From contig JAYWIR010000005.1 of the NCBI GenBank assembly GCA_036172245.1, positions 3,472,001-3,536,000 of the forward strand: 64,000 nt of DNA, read 5' to 3'. Positions within the stretch are counted from its first letter, which is position 1. Every line of letters starts with the position of its first letter. The position numbers and the translations under genes were made by a program. Below, in pieces: positions 46,901 to 59,147 of this stretch. Source of the DNA: Raillietiella orientalis. Taxonomy: Eukaryota. The notes beneath the pieces are model-generated. The model saw nothing but the letters and a program-made list of their open reading frames with translations. It was not told the DNA's origin and made no database searches.

Positions 46901-49857
46901 GCCCGACATCCGCGCGTCTCGAAAACGTGCGGGCCTGCAGAAAGTCTCTACTGTTGGGCACGCCCTCTTCGAAACCGCGTGGAAGCCGGTGTAAGGGGAA
47001 TTGGCAGCAGAACTCGCGGACAGATCTTTTGAGATCGTCCCAGTCCGCAAGTTCTTGAATGGCAAAGCCTCGGAGGTATCCACGTAGATGCTCCGCAGCC
47101 TCCGGTTATCTAAGCCAATTTGCCTGCATCCTCCAGTTTTGCAACGGAGGCCCCCTGCCTGGCGGAAGGATCTCAAACTCCAACCTGTGGTGGTCAGAAA
47201 GCCTAGTCAACAATCTTCCTCTCCTACCCACACGCGAATGCAGGTTTTCATCGAGGAAAACGTGATCGAGCGATCTTTCCATTCCAGGTTCGCTGACCAT
47301 CAAGTTGGCGGCGTGCACGGACGCGAACATCTCGATGGGCAGCGCGCGCTCCCTCGGGCGGCTCCAATGGTCGGAGAGCAGGCGGACGTTGAAGTCCCCA
47401 GCGACGAGGTGCGCCACTTGGAAACCGGAGTTGTTGATCCAGTGGCTCTGCACCTCACCAAAGAAGGCTACTCTTTCTTCGAGGTAGCGAGAGCCATTCA
47501 ACGCGTAGACGTTCGTAACGACAAGATCGATGGACTCGGACCACTTGATGACAAGCTGGCCTATCCGAACGTCGTCATCGAAACGAACACTACGCACCGC
47601 TTCCGCCATTTTTCCTCTTAAGAGGAACGCGACGCCGCACGTGTGTGCGCCGCCGCACCTCCAATGTAGCGTTCCGCTTGCGCGCTCCTCGATTTCGGCT
47701 GCCAGCTCCTCGGAGATTACGTGAATCTCTTGCAGGAGCGCGAGTTCGAAGGGGCGCAGGGCGTTGGCTACTAAACGCCTCTTTTCGTCGTTCTGTAGTC
47801 CGTTTGCGTTCCAACACGTTACGGACAGACGACGAGAAGACGCGATTCCCCGCATTACTGCTGGGAAGGTGGCGGCTTTTTGCTCGCTTTATCCGGCAAG
47901 CAGACGGCGAGCAGCACGACTGGCTGGAGGGGACGGTCGCCACCGTCCTCTGTCGTGCTGCATGCATGTAATGCCTCCACGCCAGGCTTAACCCGGTCGG
48001 GTTTCGTGGAGACTTCGCGTGGCCTCGCGGCTAGCGTTGCCTGGCTGCCTACTTTTGATCGGCGCGCACACGCTTTCGAACGAGTTGTCCTCGTCTCGGT
48101 GATCGGAACGGCATCCATTTCGGAGTCCGACCGGCGCATGTTCGATCGGGTTTCGGTCTTCCGCGAAGTAGTGACAGGTTCTGCTGGATTGACAGCTGTC
48201 CTGTTGTCTTTTACCGTCTCCAGAGCATCGCTTTTCGTGACGGCTGCTTTCCCGGCGCGCGCGTTTTCAGCGTGCTCACGCGCAGTTGCACGAGGGACCT
48301 TTGCTGAAGTCTTCTTTCCTTCATTACGGTTCCTCACTTCGCCTGGCGCCGTTAATGGAGATCGTGCTCCATTGCCATCTTTGAAGCCATCCGCGTCTTT
48401 AAACGGGAGCACTTTCGATGGCTCCGACACGCTCCTCATGGACGCTGCCTTCGGAAGGGCTTTTAATCCCTTCGTTGTCATGGCATCCGCGCCAGTCGAG
48501 AGCTTGCTCTCCGACTGCGACGGCGTGATATTTTTCTCCGCTTTCGCGGTGTTGGATCGCGACGCGGATTTTTTTTTTGCCAACTTTCGAAGTCGACACG
48601 GCACAACCCTTCTTACCCGATTTGGGCTTCTCAGCCACTGCAGGAGGTGAAGCAATGGATCCGACGGTACTGGAAGTGTCCTTACCGCCGTTGTCCATTG
48701 GCGTCCCCGCCAGTTGCTCGAACTCCGAAGGAGCCGGGCGTGCTTGGGAAGGACAGCTATTGCGCCTAGGGGGACTTACCATTGCCTCGGATTCCCCGCA
48801 CCCTTTCTTTTGCGACTTCCAGGCCGCGAGTGGGGGCGCGCAGGGCTTCGCGTGCTAGTTTTCCTGCTGCTTTGGGGCGACATTCCGCTTCGCGTTTTTA
48901 CGGAATTTCTGCGGTGGAGTCTCCAGGTTTTATCGCAGATTTTTTCTTTTTATCCGCGCTTTGTTTGTTAAGATGAAGCTCCGCGGCTGCCTTTTTTCGC
49001 AAAAGATCCGGGCAATTTTTCAATTGGTGCCCGGATAGTTTGCAATAACGGCATTTTCCAGAAGGGCATTTATCCAAACAATGCCTCTCCTTCCCGCATT
49101 GCTCGCACGTTTTTACTTTGCCCACGAACCACAGGTGAACGACTGTGTCTTTCACCTGTAGTTTGGTGGGCAGCAGACGGCGGTCCGGCATTGTAAGCCG
49201 GACTCCAGCGACTCCGCTGTGTATGGACGGGAAGTCCTTGAGGTTGCTACGCACCCTCCACAGCGCATGGACCGTGGCGAATTTCGCCAACGCGTTCCGA
49301 ATATCAATATCGGAGATTTCCGACTCGATGTGGAAAATCTTCGCCACAAATGAGTCGTACATGGCGGCCGGGAAGAACTTCTGTCCACGGATCGACAACG
49401 GGGTGCGCAGCAAGCGTTGCACAAGTGCAGCGTCTTTGCAACGCACCTTGAAATAGCCCATGTCTTTTACGGGCATAATGGCGAGAAGGTCCTCCTCTTG
49501 CACGCCAACACGGGTCAGTTCATCGTTGAACTGATTCCGGTCGCGCGCAGAAAGAAAACCACTCACCTTATATCGGAGAGCAGGTCTATAGCCTTGGGCT
49601 ACGTATGCCCGCAACTCCGACTCGTCGAGTGGTTTCCCTTTGACGGCTAATGTGGCAGCAACGTCAGCAAAACTCCTCTCCATTGGCGAGAAAGACGAAG
49701 TGGAGACGGGCGTAGTTTCCGCGATTGCAGATCCGGATGCTGTTCCTCGAAATTCAGTAGCTTCAAGTTGGGTCGACATCGTCGTCAAAATGTACGACGC
49801 CAAGATAAAGCGGATGAAAGCACGGAGACGAGAGCGAAGAAAAACACGTCCGCACTC
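43949..49857 (-). mobile_element. Element D: full-length A-related LINE with a few stops and frameshifts, inserted sense into C
   Basis: TSD gattgaaat at 43940-43948 and 49858-49866. ORF1 ~47855-49779 (frameshifted). ORF2 44262-47855 in fragments (WNANG, GDFN, SDH, DLHKAFD, YADD). Confidence 0.93.
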
Positions 49858-52104
49858 GATTGAAATCTCCCACAATCAGGTGAGCCTTCCGCACGTTCGT
49901 GTTCGCCAGCCAGTCGCGCTTCAGGGATTCAAGCAGCCTGGTGCCTTCGCTGTATCCCTGTTTACCGCTGGGGGCGTACACATTCGTGACGATCAGATCG
50001 ATCGAGTCGGACCAGCCGAGAGTCAGCTGACCGACCCGACCGTCGTCATCGAAGCGCACGCCCTTCACGGCAGCGTCGATGGCCGGCTTCACGAAGAACG
50101 CGACCCCGCAGGTGTTGCGGAGGCCGCACCGCCAATACAGCCGACCCCCCGCGATCGTCTCGATCTCCTGGGCGTCTGCCGCGGTGATCACGTGGATCTC
50201 CTGCAGCAGGGCCAGGTCGAGCTCACGCAGGGTGTCGGCTGTATCTCGCCTGTTACCGTCGTCGCGCAGCCCGTTGACATTCCAACAGGCCGCGCGAATC
50301 CGACAAAGACTGTCGAGCCCAGGTGTTATTCCTAAAAAGATGGCGATGCGGCGTCCGCCACCTGCTGAGGCGGGACGCTAGGTGGAGGAGGAGGGTCAGG
50401 TGCTGAAGGCACCTGGTCCTTCTCCTCCATAGGAAACTGTACGTCGAGCGGGTCACCCACAGGTGGGGTCGCGTTTACCTGTTCGCCCTACTCCATGGGG
50501 GTGGCCGGATCGACGGCTTCCGAGCGTGGGAATTCCTCCTCCGAATTTCCCACGCTGTCGACGGCTTCCGTCTTCTCCTCCTCGCTGGTGGAGGGGAGGC
50601 GCCTCCTTGGCTTCTGGGACTTGCGTCCCGACTTCCTGGGGGGTGCCTCCGAGGAGGAGGATGTGCTTCCGGCCCCCAGGTCTAACTCACCTTTGGGGGC
50701 CTTCTTCGCCGGAGCCGGCCTTCGCACGGCCTTGCTCGAGGGGTTCTCACGATCGGCCAGCGTGACCGCGAGCTTCTCCGCCGCCTGCGCGAACGCTGCG
50801 TCCGCGGTTTCGACCGCCGCTATGTCGCGCGGCTCACCCTCTGTGTAAACAGAGGGTTCGCCGTCGCGAGCCTCGGGCGCAGCGTAAACGGCAAGGGCAG
50901 GATCGACGCTCCGGGTGGCAATCTCCGGAACGACGATTCGTTCGAGTGCCACCGTGCACTCGCGCAGAGTTTTCGAGCGCGGACCGGGTTTTTTCGGCTT
51001 ACCGGCCGTCTTGCGCTCTTTCCTCTCCGCGAGTGGGGGTTTCGTTGGCTTTCTGGCCTCTACAAGCTGCCATCCCTCTTCGCCCTTTACCGTTTCAGAA
51101 GGTTTATCCTCCGGCTTACGCGCCTGAGGTTGAGGTGTTGGCAGTTTGTGCTGGCCCTTTTCCACTTTAGGTCTAGAGACCTTTGAAGCGCGTTTCCCCT
51201 GCTCTTTTTTCGCGGCAGGGGGAACCGTGGTGGGGTGTTTGGGGCACACGCGCCGAACGTGGTCCCGCTCCCCGCACAAATAACATTGTATATTGGGACA
51301 CCTTTTACGTAGGTGTCCCACGGTATCACAATGCCCGCAATACCGGGGCTTCCCTACATACCGCAGGTCGACGTTTTCTTGCGCCATCTGTAGTTTGTGG
51401 GGAAGCCCACAATTCTCCCTTACGGTGACCCGCGCTGCAGGCTGCCCACCAAAAAGGCTGTCGAAGCCGTTGAAAATGGAGGGTTTCGGCCACAGTGCGT
51501 GCACCTCACCGTACTTTCGCAATTCCTCACCAACCGCTGACCGCGTCATGCGTCTGTTGATGCCAGTCATGTGGACCACCACGGAGCGGTCCATTGATAC
51601 TGACAGGATCTTGCGGCCGTCTACGTTCAGCGGCGCATGGATTAGGCGGTGAGCCAAGGTAACATCTTTGCGGACCACCTCGACCCGCTGCCCGCCGCTG
51701 AGGACGGAGAGGCCGTCCAGATCCTTCTCAGTGACATTCGCGTCCTTCAACGCTTTGCTGAAGGCGCGCGCTGTCCGGCCGTCGAACAAGTTGCCTACCT
51801 GGTAGACAAGCGATGGCTTGTACCCAGAGGCTTTGTATGCGGCGATCTCCGCCATGGCTTCAGCGCTGGGCGCGGCCACCATTGCGCTCCATGTCCTCGG
51901 CGTGGATGAAGATGATTCCGGGGCGGCTGCCCCTGCTCCAGTAGGCTGTGGGGGCGAACTAGCCTCCCCCACTCCCACCTCAATCGCGGTGTCCTCTGGC
52001 GTCGTGGCCATTGGACACCGACGATGTACACAAAACACCACACACAAGAAAGCGCTTTCCTACTACTCTTTGAGGAGTGAAGGAAAAACACGTCCTCCAA
52101 CTGG

Positions 52105-53543
52105 CCTTAGAGGGGTTTGGCTGCAACGATGCAGATAGCTCGTCCGCCGCACGCTCGAAGGCGGCGTCATCGATCACGGTCTCGATGACGGACGCTTCCG
52201 CCGGTTCGCTCCCCACGCTGTTGACATTTTCAACAGTGGGTTGCTCGTCGGTAGCAGCGATTTCTACCTTGCGGCGTTCGGCGGGGACGCGTTCCACGAC
52301 GACGCTGCATTCTTTTGAATTCTCGCTAATCTGCTGTTTTTTATATTGGTAGGCGAGCTTTTTTTCAATTCGTCGTTCGTTCTTCGACTATTTTTTCTTT
52401 TTCGCTGTGACTTCTTGCCATTCCGACACCTGACCGCTTTTGTCGATCTTTTCGGCATTCGTTGCCGGGGTGTCGGCTGAGGCCTGGACCACGGGGGTGG
52501 GTGGCACAGCTTGAGCGGCAGCCTTTGCCGCCAGTTTTTTCTGTAGCAGCCGCGCGCGTTTTATCAGGTTCCTCGCGGAAACCACGCGCACAGCGGATTG
52601 TGGACACACTTTCTTCATGTGGCTCATTGTCCCGCCTACCAGGCACTGTACGTTGGAGCACCTACTTTTGAGGTGTCCCGACGTGTTGCAGAACCGACAG
52701 TATTTGGGCTTCCCCACGTACCGGAGGTCGACGCTTTCTCCGCCGACCACCAGTTTGTGGGAAAGGGTAGAGCCCTTCCGAACGGTTACACGGGCAGCCG
52801 TGAGGCCACACTGAACTGTGGTATAGTCCTCGAAAGGACTAGGCTTGGTCCATACTGCATGGACCATGCCTTCTTTTCCCAACGCGGCGCGTAACTGTTC
52901 TTTCCGCATCCGCGCGGTAACTCCTAAAAGGTGGACCACCATACTGTGGTCCGCCGTAACGGGAAGGAGCCTTCGTGTCCCCATTACCACGGGGGTTTTA
53001 AGCAGACGTTGGGCCAGATCTGCATGTTTGCAGATCACCTCTACGTACTGCCCCCCGCTACGAATGGTCATAGCGCAGAGCTCCTCCTCTTTAACATCGA
53101 GAGCGCGCATCCCCTTCGAAAAGGCGCGCGCACTCTTAGAAGAATACAAATTTCCTACCTTGTAGAATAGTGATGAATCATACCCCTCTTCCACATAGGC
53201 AGATAATTCCGCCGCGGTTGCAGGCGATGGCACCGACACGACGGCGCTCCCCGCGTGCGCTGCAGCGGGGACCGGTTTTGTGGGGGCGAAAGCTCCCTCC
53301 TCCTTCGCCACTAAAGGCGACGTTGCCGCCGCCTCCAGGCACTTTACCTTCTCTAGAGGCGACGTTGCCGCCGCCACCTGGCACTCCATTTCTTCAGGAG
53401 GCGACGTTGCCCCCGCCCCCTGACACGCACTGGTGGTCGTGTCAGGCATTGCTGCCTGATCGACCACCACCACACACAAAGCCTACACCTAGGGAAGGTT
53501 CCCGGAACGAGGAACACCGAGGAAACACGTCCGCTCTAGCCGA
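52105..53543 (-). mobile_element. Element H: 5' end and ORF1 of a G-type LINE, interrupted by C
   Basis: ORF 52388-53479 MPDTTT...AYVEEGY..CRFCNTSGH..; 5' GCGGACGTGT at 53525-53534. Confidence 0.9.
53316..53420 (-). repeat. Three 42-bp (14-aa) tandem repeats in the N-terminus of H ORF1
   Basis: aggcgacgttgcc(g/c)ccgcc recurs at 42-nt spacing: GATSPPEEMECQVA / AATSPLEKVKCLEA / AATSPL. Confidence 0.85.
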
Positions 53544-53558
53544 CGTAAAGCTGTCGAT

Positions 53559-56500
53559 TTTCACCCGGATTTCTCCAAGTCGTTTATTAAAAAAATAAAC
53601 TTTGTAAACAAATTATAAATGGCTGTGGCAATGCTCCAGCCAGAAGCTAAGAACCACAGCGCCTGCCAATTCACAGGTTTCTAGACCGGTACGGTCCACC
53701 AAGGCAGCAGGGGAAAGTGGAAAAACAAAAAAAAAACAAAAAAAAAAAAAGAAACTAAACAAAAAAAAACAAAGGGTGGGAGGGAACGGGAAGGGATCAC
53801 TGTTGCTGCTAGGGCCGCATCAACCCTCTCAGGATGCTGGCAAGCTCATGTTTGTTGTGAACATCCACGTTGGGCCATCGCGACGCCCTCCTCAGTAATT
53901 CGGAGGCGCACTGGATCGCTTCCTGATCGCTAGGTCCTCCCGTCGCCGTGCTCCAGACGGCGACGATCCCACGAAGACAGCACAAGGCTGCTATCGAGGA
54001 CGCTGGCCGCAGAGCGTCGGCAACGAAGAAGGCTTTTAGTGCGTCCCTGGGGTTGCTGCGAGGGATACCGATGGCCGCGGCAAAGCGGAACCAAAGGGGC
54101 CGAAAGGCAACACAATCCACTAGGAGGTGGGGGAGGGACTCCCGTTCCCCGAACCTTACACAATTGGGATCCACCGCTCCCCAGGTTCAGTGGTGTCGAC
54201 AGGCGTTGCAGGGGAGTCCCCAGTGCTGCAACAGGAATGCCGACTCTTGCCATTTGAGGGAGAGGATGGAAGTGTTCATGAGAATCGGGGGCCACTTCAG
54301 ATGTTCAATCGGAACATCCAGCAGCGCTCCCCAGCGCAGAAGTCCATTAGGAGGCGTACTCGGGGTCGCCGCATCAGTTAGCTGGCCCGTCTTCCACTCT
54401 CTATGCTTCTTCTCCTTCGCGGAGATTTTTATTGTAACCTCCCACTTCGCCGCAACATCGCTGTCCTGATGTTCCACTAGGGAGTCCAGCGCAGCGACGA
54501 GGGGGGTTCTTCCTGACCACGCTTTCTTCTTAGGATCCTCCAGGATCTCACGGAGCGTGCAACTTCTGTAACACCCAAACAGGAACCTTCGTTCCTGATG
54601 GGAGGGTTGCATGCCGAACTGTCCCCACGTACGAACGGTTTCCGGCAACCAGGCACTACCGTTCGCGGGGAGACAGGTGATCCATCCTTGATTTTTCCTT
54701 GCCAGCGCAGCCACCCACCGTAGCTGAAGCCCACATCGGTTGATGCGGCTTCGATGGAGTGCAAGAAACGACGTAAGTCCCGTCTTGCCGGTGGCTTGCT
54801 TAAGGAGGAGACGTGCAGGGACGCACCAACAGGTGCACCATAACTCCGGCACAAGTGCCAAAATCCGAAACTGGAGCTGCAGCTCCAGTTGCTCCAATGT
54901 CAGGAGGCGGAGACCACCGTTTCGACGCGGAGCGCACAAGTCCTTCAAGCGGACTCGGGCCCTCTCGTTGCCCCAAAGGGCGATACGGAGGAGGTCCTTC
55001 GTCCGCTTTTTGATCATCTCTGCGAGGGGGCAAACAAAAAGCAGGGAACGGAGGAAAGTAGCCGCGAACATGTACCAAACCGCGGCCCGTTCAGGCAGGA
55101 AAAACCTGCCGCCTCGGAACGGGCCGATAGCCGTCTCTACTTTTTGAAGGCAGCCGGACCACGCTTCCGCAGGGGAGTAGTCCCCCTACGGCACACCAAG
55201 GTACTTGAAGTACCTCACCGTGTAAATCTTCAAACGGACCCAGTCCTGCTGCCCTGCCTACGCCGCACCAACTGGCATCACGGACGACTTCGTCCTGTTC
55301 ACCTTAAGCCCGGTTCCTCGATTCAGCAAGTCGAAGAACTTCTCGACCGCCGAAGCCAAGGTGGACATAGGGAGCAGTAGCAGGAGGTCGTCCGCATATG
55401 CTGAAACCGCAGGCGTTACGGCGCATTCATGTGGCAGGTGCGCCAGAGTTTCCCTGTACGCTTTCAGTACCAACTCAAAGTAGGTACTGAAGAGCAAGGG
55501 GCTCAGGCTGTCTCCATGCCGGATCCCACGTCGCACCGGCACGCCGTGAACAGTATGCCCGCTGAAAGTAACATTGATAAGCGCATCGCGCCAGCTAGAG
55601 CGCAGATAGGCCAATGATGAGGCCGGGAAGCGAAAGCGTTCCAAAAGCTCCAGCAGGAGATTCTCGTCGACGCTGTCGAATGCTTTACGCAATTCGACTG
55701 CGACCGCAAGTGCTTCCTCCCCCATCCGACCATCCGTCGCATGACTGACGGACTCACCGGAATTCCCGTTGCGCATCAAGCCCCTTTCGTGTTGGAGCTC
55801 TAGCCAGGTGGAAGCGTGGAACAGGTTCGCCTCCATGCTTCGCCCCGGAACAGCGTATGTATGTTCCGGGCTGATGAAGGCGTTTGCAACCCTTCCCAAA
55901 CGCTCAGCACAAACCTTAGCTATCAACTTGACATCCGCATTCACTATTGTGATGGGACGCCAGTTGTTCATGCTCCTCAGATCTCCTCCCTTAGGGAGAA
56001 GCCGCACCTTTGCCGAACGAAACGAGGCGGGAACGTCACCTGTCTCGCGTATCAGCAAGGTGAGTTGATGTACCAGTGGGGTTAGCTCAGCCGCGAAAGT
56101 TTGATAAAACTCCGCGGACAGGCCGTCCTCCCCTGGAGCCTTTCGCCTCTTGAGCTTTCCGATGGCCGAGATGATCTCGCCCATCGTTAAAGGCTCGTCG
56201 AGGGACTTTTTCTCTTCTTCCCCGATCGCAGGAGCGCCTTCCGGAAGCAGGATTCGTGAGAAATCCCGCTCGAGAGGCGTTCTTCCGTACAAAGAGGAGT
56301 AAAAACGCCGCAGCAGACCGCGGATCTGAGCGGGTGCCGAATGCTCCTGGCCTTGATCGTCCAGTAAGCTGGCCGATCCTGACTGCCAGGCTTGCCTTTC
56401 GGCTCCCGTTTTGTATTCCGCCAACCTGCGGATGTCGGGGGTCCTGGCGTAACGGCGAGCTTGCAGATAGGCTCGTTCGTTACGTACCCCGTCCCCAAAT

Positions 56501-59147
56501 CCCGCAGGTAGGCGGTGCAGAGGGAACTGGTCGCAGAACTCCTGGACCGACCGTTTAAAGCGGTCTCAATCCTGAAGTGTCTGCATCCTCAAGCTCCGTA
56601 TAAACGTGCGGAGATTCTCCGTCGCGTCCGGGAGCTTCAGCCAGTACCCTGGAAAACGCCACGCTGAAGAGGAGGGGCCCCTGTCGCGCGGATGGATCTC
56701 GAGAACAGGCGGGCGATGATCGCACAGCTCGCACGGTAACTTGCCGCGCCTGCCCACGTGAGGGCAAAGATGCTCGTCAAAAAACACGTGGTCAATGCTG
56801 TCTTCCATCCTCGGTGCACTGACCAACAAATTACAGGTGTGCAGCGCCATGCACACCTCCTTGACCAGGTCACGCTCGGGATTCTGCCCATCTGGTTTCA
56901 GGCGAACGTTGAAATCGCCTGCAACCAGATGGGCATTCCGCACGCCTGCTTCGGACAGCCATTCTCGCCGGAGGGCAAGGAAAAACTCTTTCCTTGACCT
57001 CCTGGTCATCAAGTCCCTGCCGCTCGGTGCGTACACGTTCTTGACGGTCAGATCGATCGAGTCGGACCACCTGAGAGTCAGCTGGCCGACACGACCGTGA
57101 TCGTCGAACCGCACGCCCCGAGCCGCGGCCTCGACGGCTGGCCGAAGCAGGTAGGCGACACCGCAACTTTTCGTTCTCCCACACCTGTACCATAGCTGCT
57201 TTCTGGAGATCCGTTCGATCTCTTGCGCTTGTTCAGCAGAGATCACGTGGATCTTCTACAGCAGCGCAAGGTTGTAGGACTCCAGAAGGGCGGCCATGTC
57301 ACGTCTCCTGCCGGCGTCTGTCATGCTGTTCACGTTCCAAACCGCGATGCGTAGTCGACGGCGGGAGGAGATTCCCGGCATTACTGCTGGGAAGTTTAAT
57401 TTTCAAGGGAGCCCGCCTCTTGCGAGGCGGGCGGGATATCCATGGGGGTTTCGGCCTTCTCAGGCACCTGAGGCACCTGTTCGGCCTCCGCTTTCTCCAT
57501 CCCCTCCGTTTTCGCGCGTGGGAGTCTCTCGGGCGACGGGTCCCGCGAGTTTCCCACGCTCATGGCACCCTCGCTTGCGGAAGCCGTCTCTTCCCTTTCG
57601 ACGGGAGAGATGAGCTTCCTCGGCTTTGTGGAATTACGTCCAGCCTTCTTGCGGGGTGCCGTGGAAACGGAGACTGCGCTTCCGGCCTCCACCTCGGGGT
57701 CGGAAGTGGGGGACTCCTGAGGGCAGGTCGGACGCCTTACAGCCTTCTTGCCAGCCTTGAAGGGTTCTGGCTGCAACGAGGCTGCCAGCTCCTCCGCGGC
57801 TCGCGCGAAGGCTACGTCATCGATGCTGGTGTCGTTGACGGACGCCGCCGCCGGCTCGCTCCCCTCGCTGTTGACTGTGTCAACAGAGGGGAGGTCGTCG
57901 GAAACGGCGAGTTGTTTCCGGGAGCGTTCAGCAACATCGAGAACGCGTTCGACAACGACGCTGCACTCTTTATTTATCGCGCTACCCTGCTCTTTCTTCT
58001 TTTGTTGGTAGGCGATTTTTTTTCCATCCTCCTCTCCTTCTTCGATTTTTTGGCCGTTGCCACTTGCCACCCAGTCTCCTGGCCGGCTCCCTCAACTTTT
58101 TCGGCGTTGGTCGCCGGGGTCTCGGATGCGGCCTGGGTTTTGGGCGCGGGTGGCACAGCCTTCGCGGCAGCTTTTGCCGCCAGCCTTTTCTGCAGAAGCC
58201 GGGCACGTTTTTTAAGGTTTCTCATGGAAATCACCCGCACTGCTGCTTTTGGGCACACCTCACTCGTGTGACCCATTGTGCCCCATACTTGGCACTGCAC
58301 TTTGGGACACCTCGTTTTGAGGTGACCCGACGTATTGCAGAAGCCACAGTATTTCGGCTTCCCCTCATACCAGAGGTCGACGGTTTCGCCTTTGACCACC
58401 AGATTGTGGCGAAGAGTGCAGCCCTGCCGAACGGTCACGTGCGCAGCCGTAAGGCCGTGTTGCAGCCTTGTGTAGTCCTCGAAAGGACTAACTTTCGTCC
58501 ACTGCGCGTGGACCGTTCCGAACTGTTCCAAAGCGGCGCGAACCTATTCTATGCGCATTCGCGCAGTTACACCTAACAGGTGGACCACCATGCTGCGGTC
58601 CGCCGTAGTGGGGAGGAGCCTACGCGTTCTCATCACAACGAGGGTTTTAAGCAGTAGTTGAGCCAGCTCTGCAAGTTTGCAGATGACCTGAACGTACTGA
58701 CCCCCGCTGCGGATGGTCATAGCGCTGAGCTCCTCCTCTTTCACATCGAGAGCGCGCATGCCCTTCGAAAAGGCGCGCGCGCTCTCTAAAGAATATAGAT
58801 TGCCTACCTTGTAGAACAATGAGGGGTTATACCCCTCCTCTACATAGGCCGACAATTCCGCCGCGACTGCAGGCGATGGCGCCGACACAACGGCCCTCCA
58901 CGCCCGCGCTGTAGAGGGGACCGATTCTGTGGGGGCGAATGCCTCTACCTCCAGCGCCTCTGGGGACGATGTTGCCGCCGCCCCCTGGCTCTCTATCGTC
59001 TCTGAGGGCGGCGTTGCCGCTGCCCCCTGGCCATCCCTGGTGGTCGCGTCAGGCATCGCTGCCTGATCGACCATCGATCCACACGACGCTTCCACTGGGG
59101 GAGGCTTCCTGGCAGGAGCACCGAGAAAACACGTCCGCCCTAGAGCG
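53559..59147 (-). mobile_element. Element G: full-length G-type LINE (degraded), inserted antisense into the RT of J
   Basis: ORF1 ~57381-59056 and ORF2 ~53809-57381 in fragments (GDFN, RKAFD, YADD). Flanked by cgtaaagctgtcgat (53544-53558) and cacaaagcgttcgat (59148-59162). Confidence 0.92.

Larger units (their letters stand above)
29118..52104 (-). mobile_element. Element C: full-length C/S-type LINE in three pieces (29118-32130, 43607-43948, 49858-52104), host of B and D
   Basis: The reading frame resumes across both insertions (..VTLRNLQ|DWDLFK; ..GDFN|LRLL). ORF1 at 50488-52047 has CGHCDTVGH and CYLCGERDH knuckles. 5' cagttggaggacgtg; 3' AATAAA-cccgggcgtacccggg. Confidence 0.88.

Noticed and set aside
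55670..55710. Self-immunity of G through an altered target (ELRKAFDS)
   Set aside because: Single degraded copy. The H-G spacer resembles G's own codons and the A-type hits an A-like site, so there is no evidence for self-avoidance.
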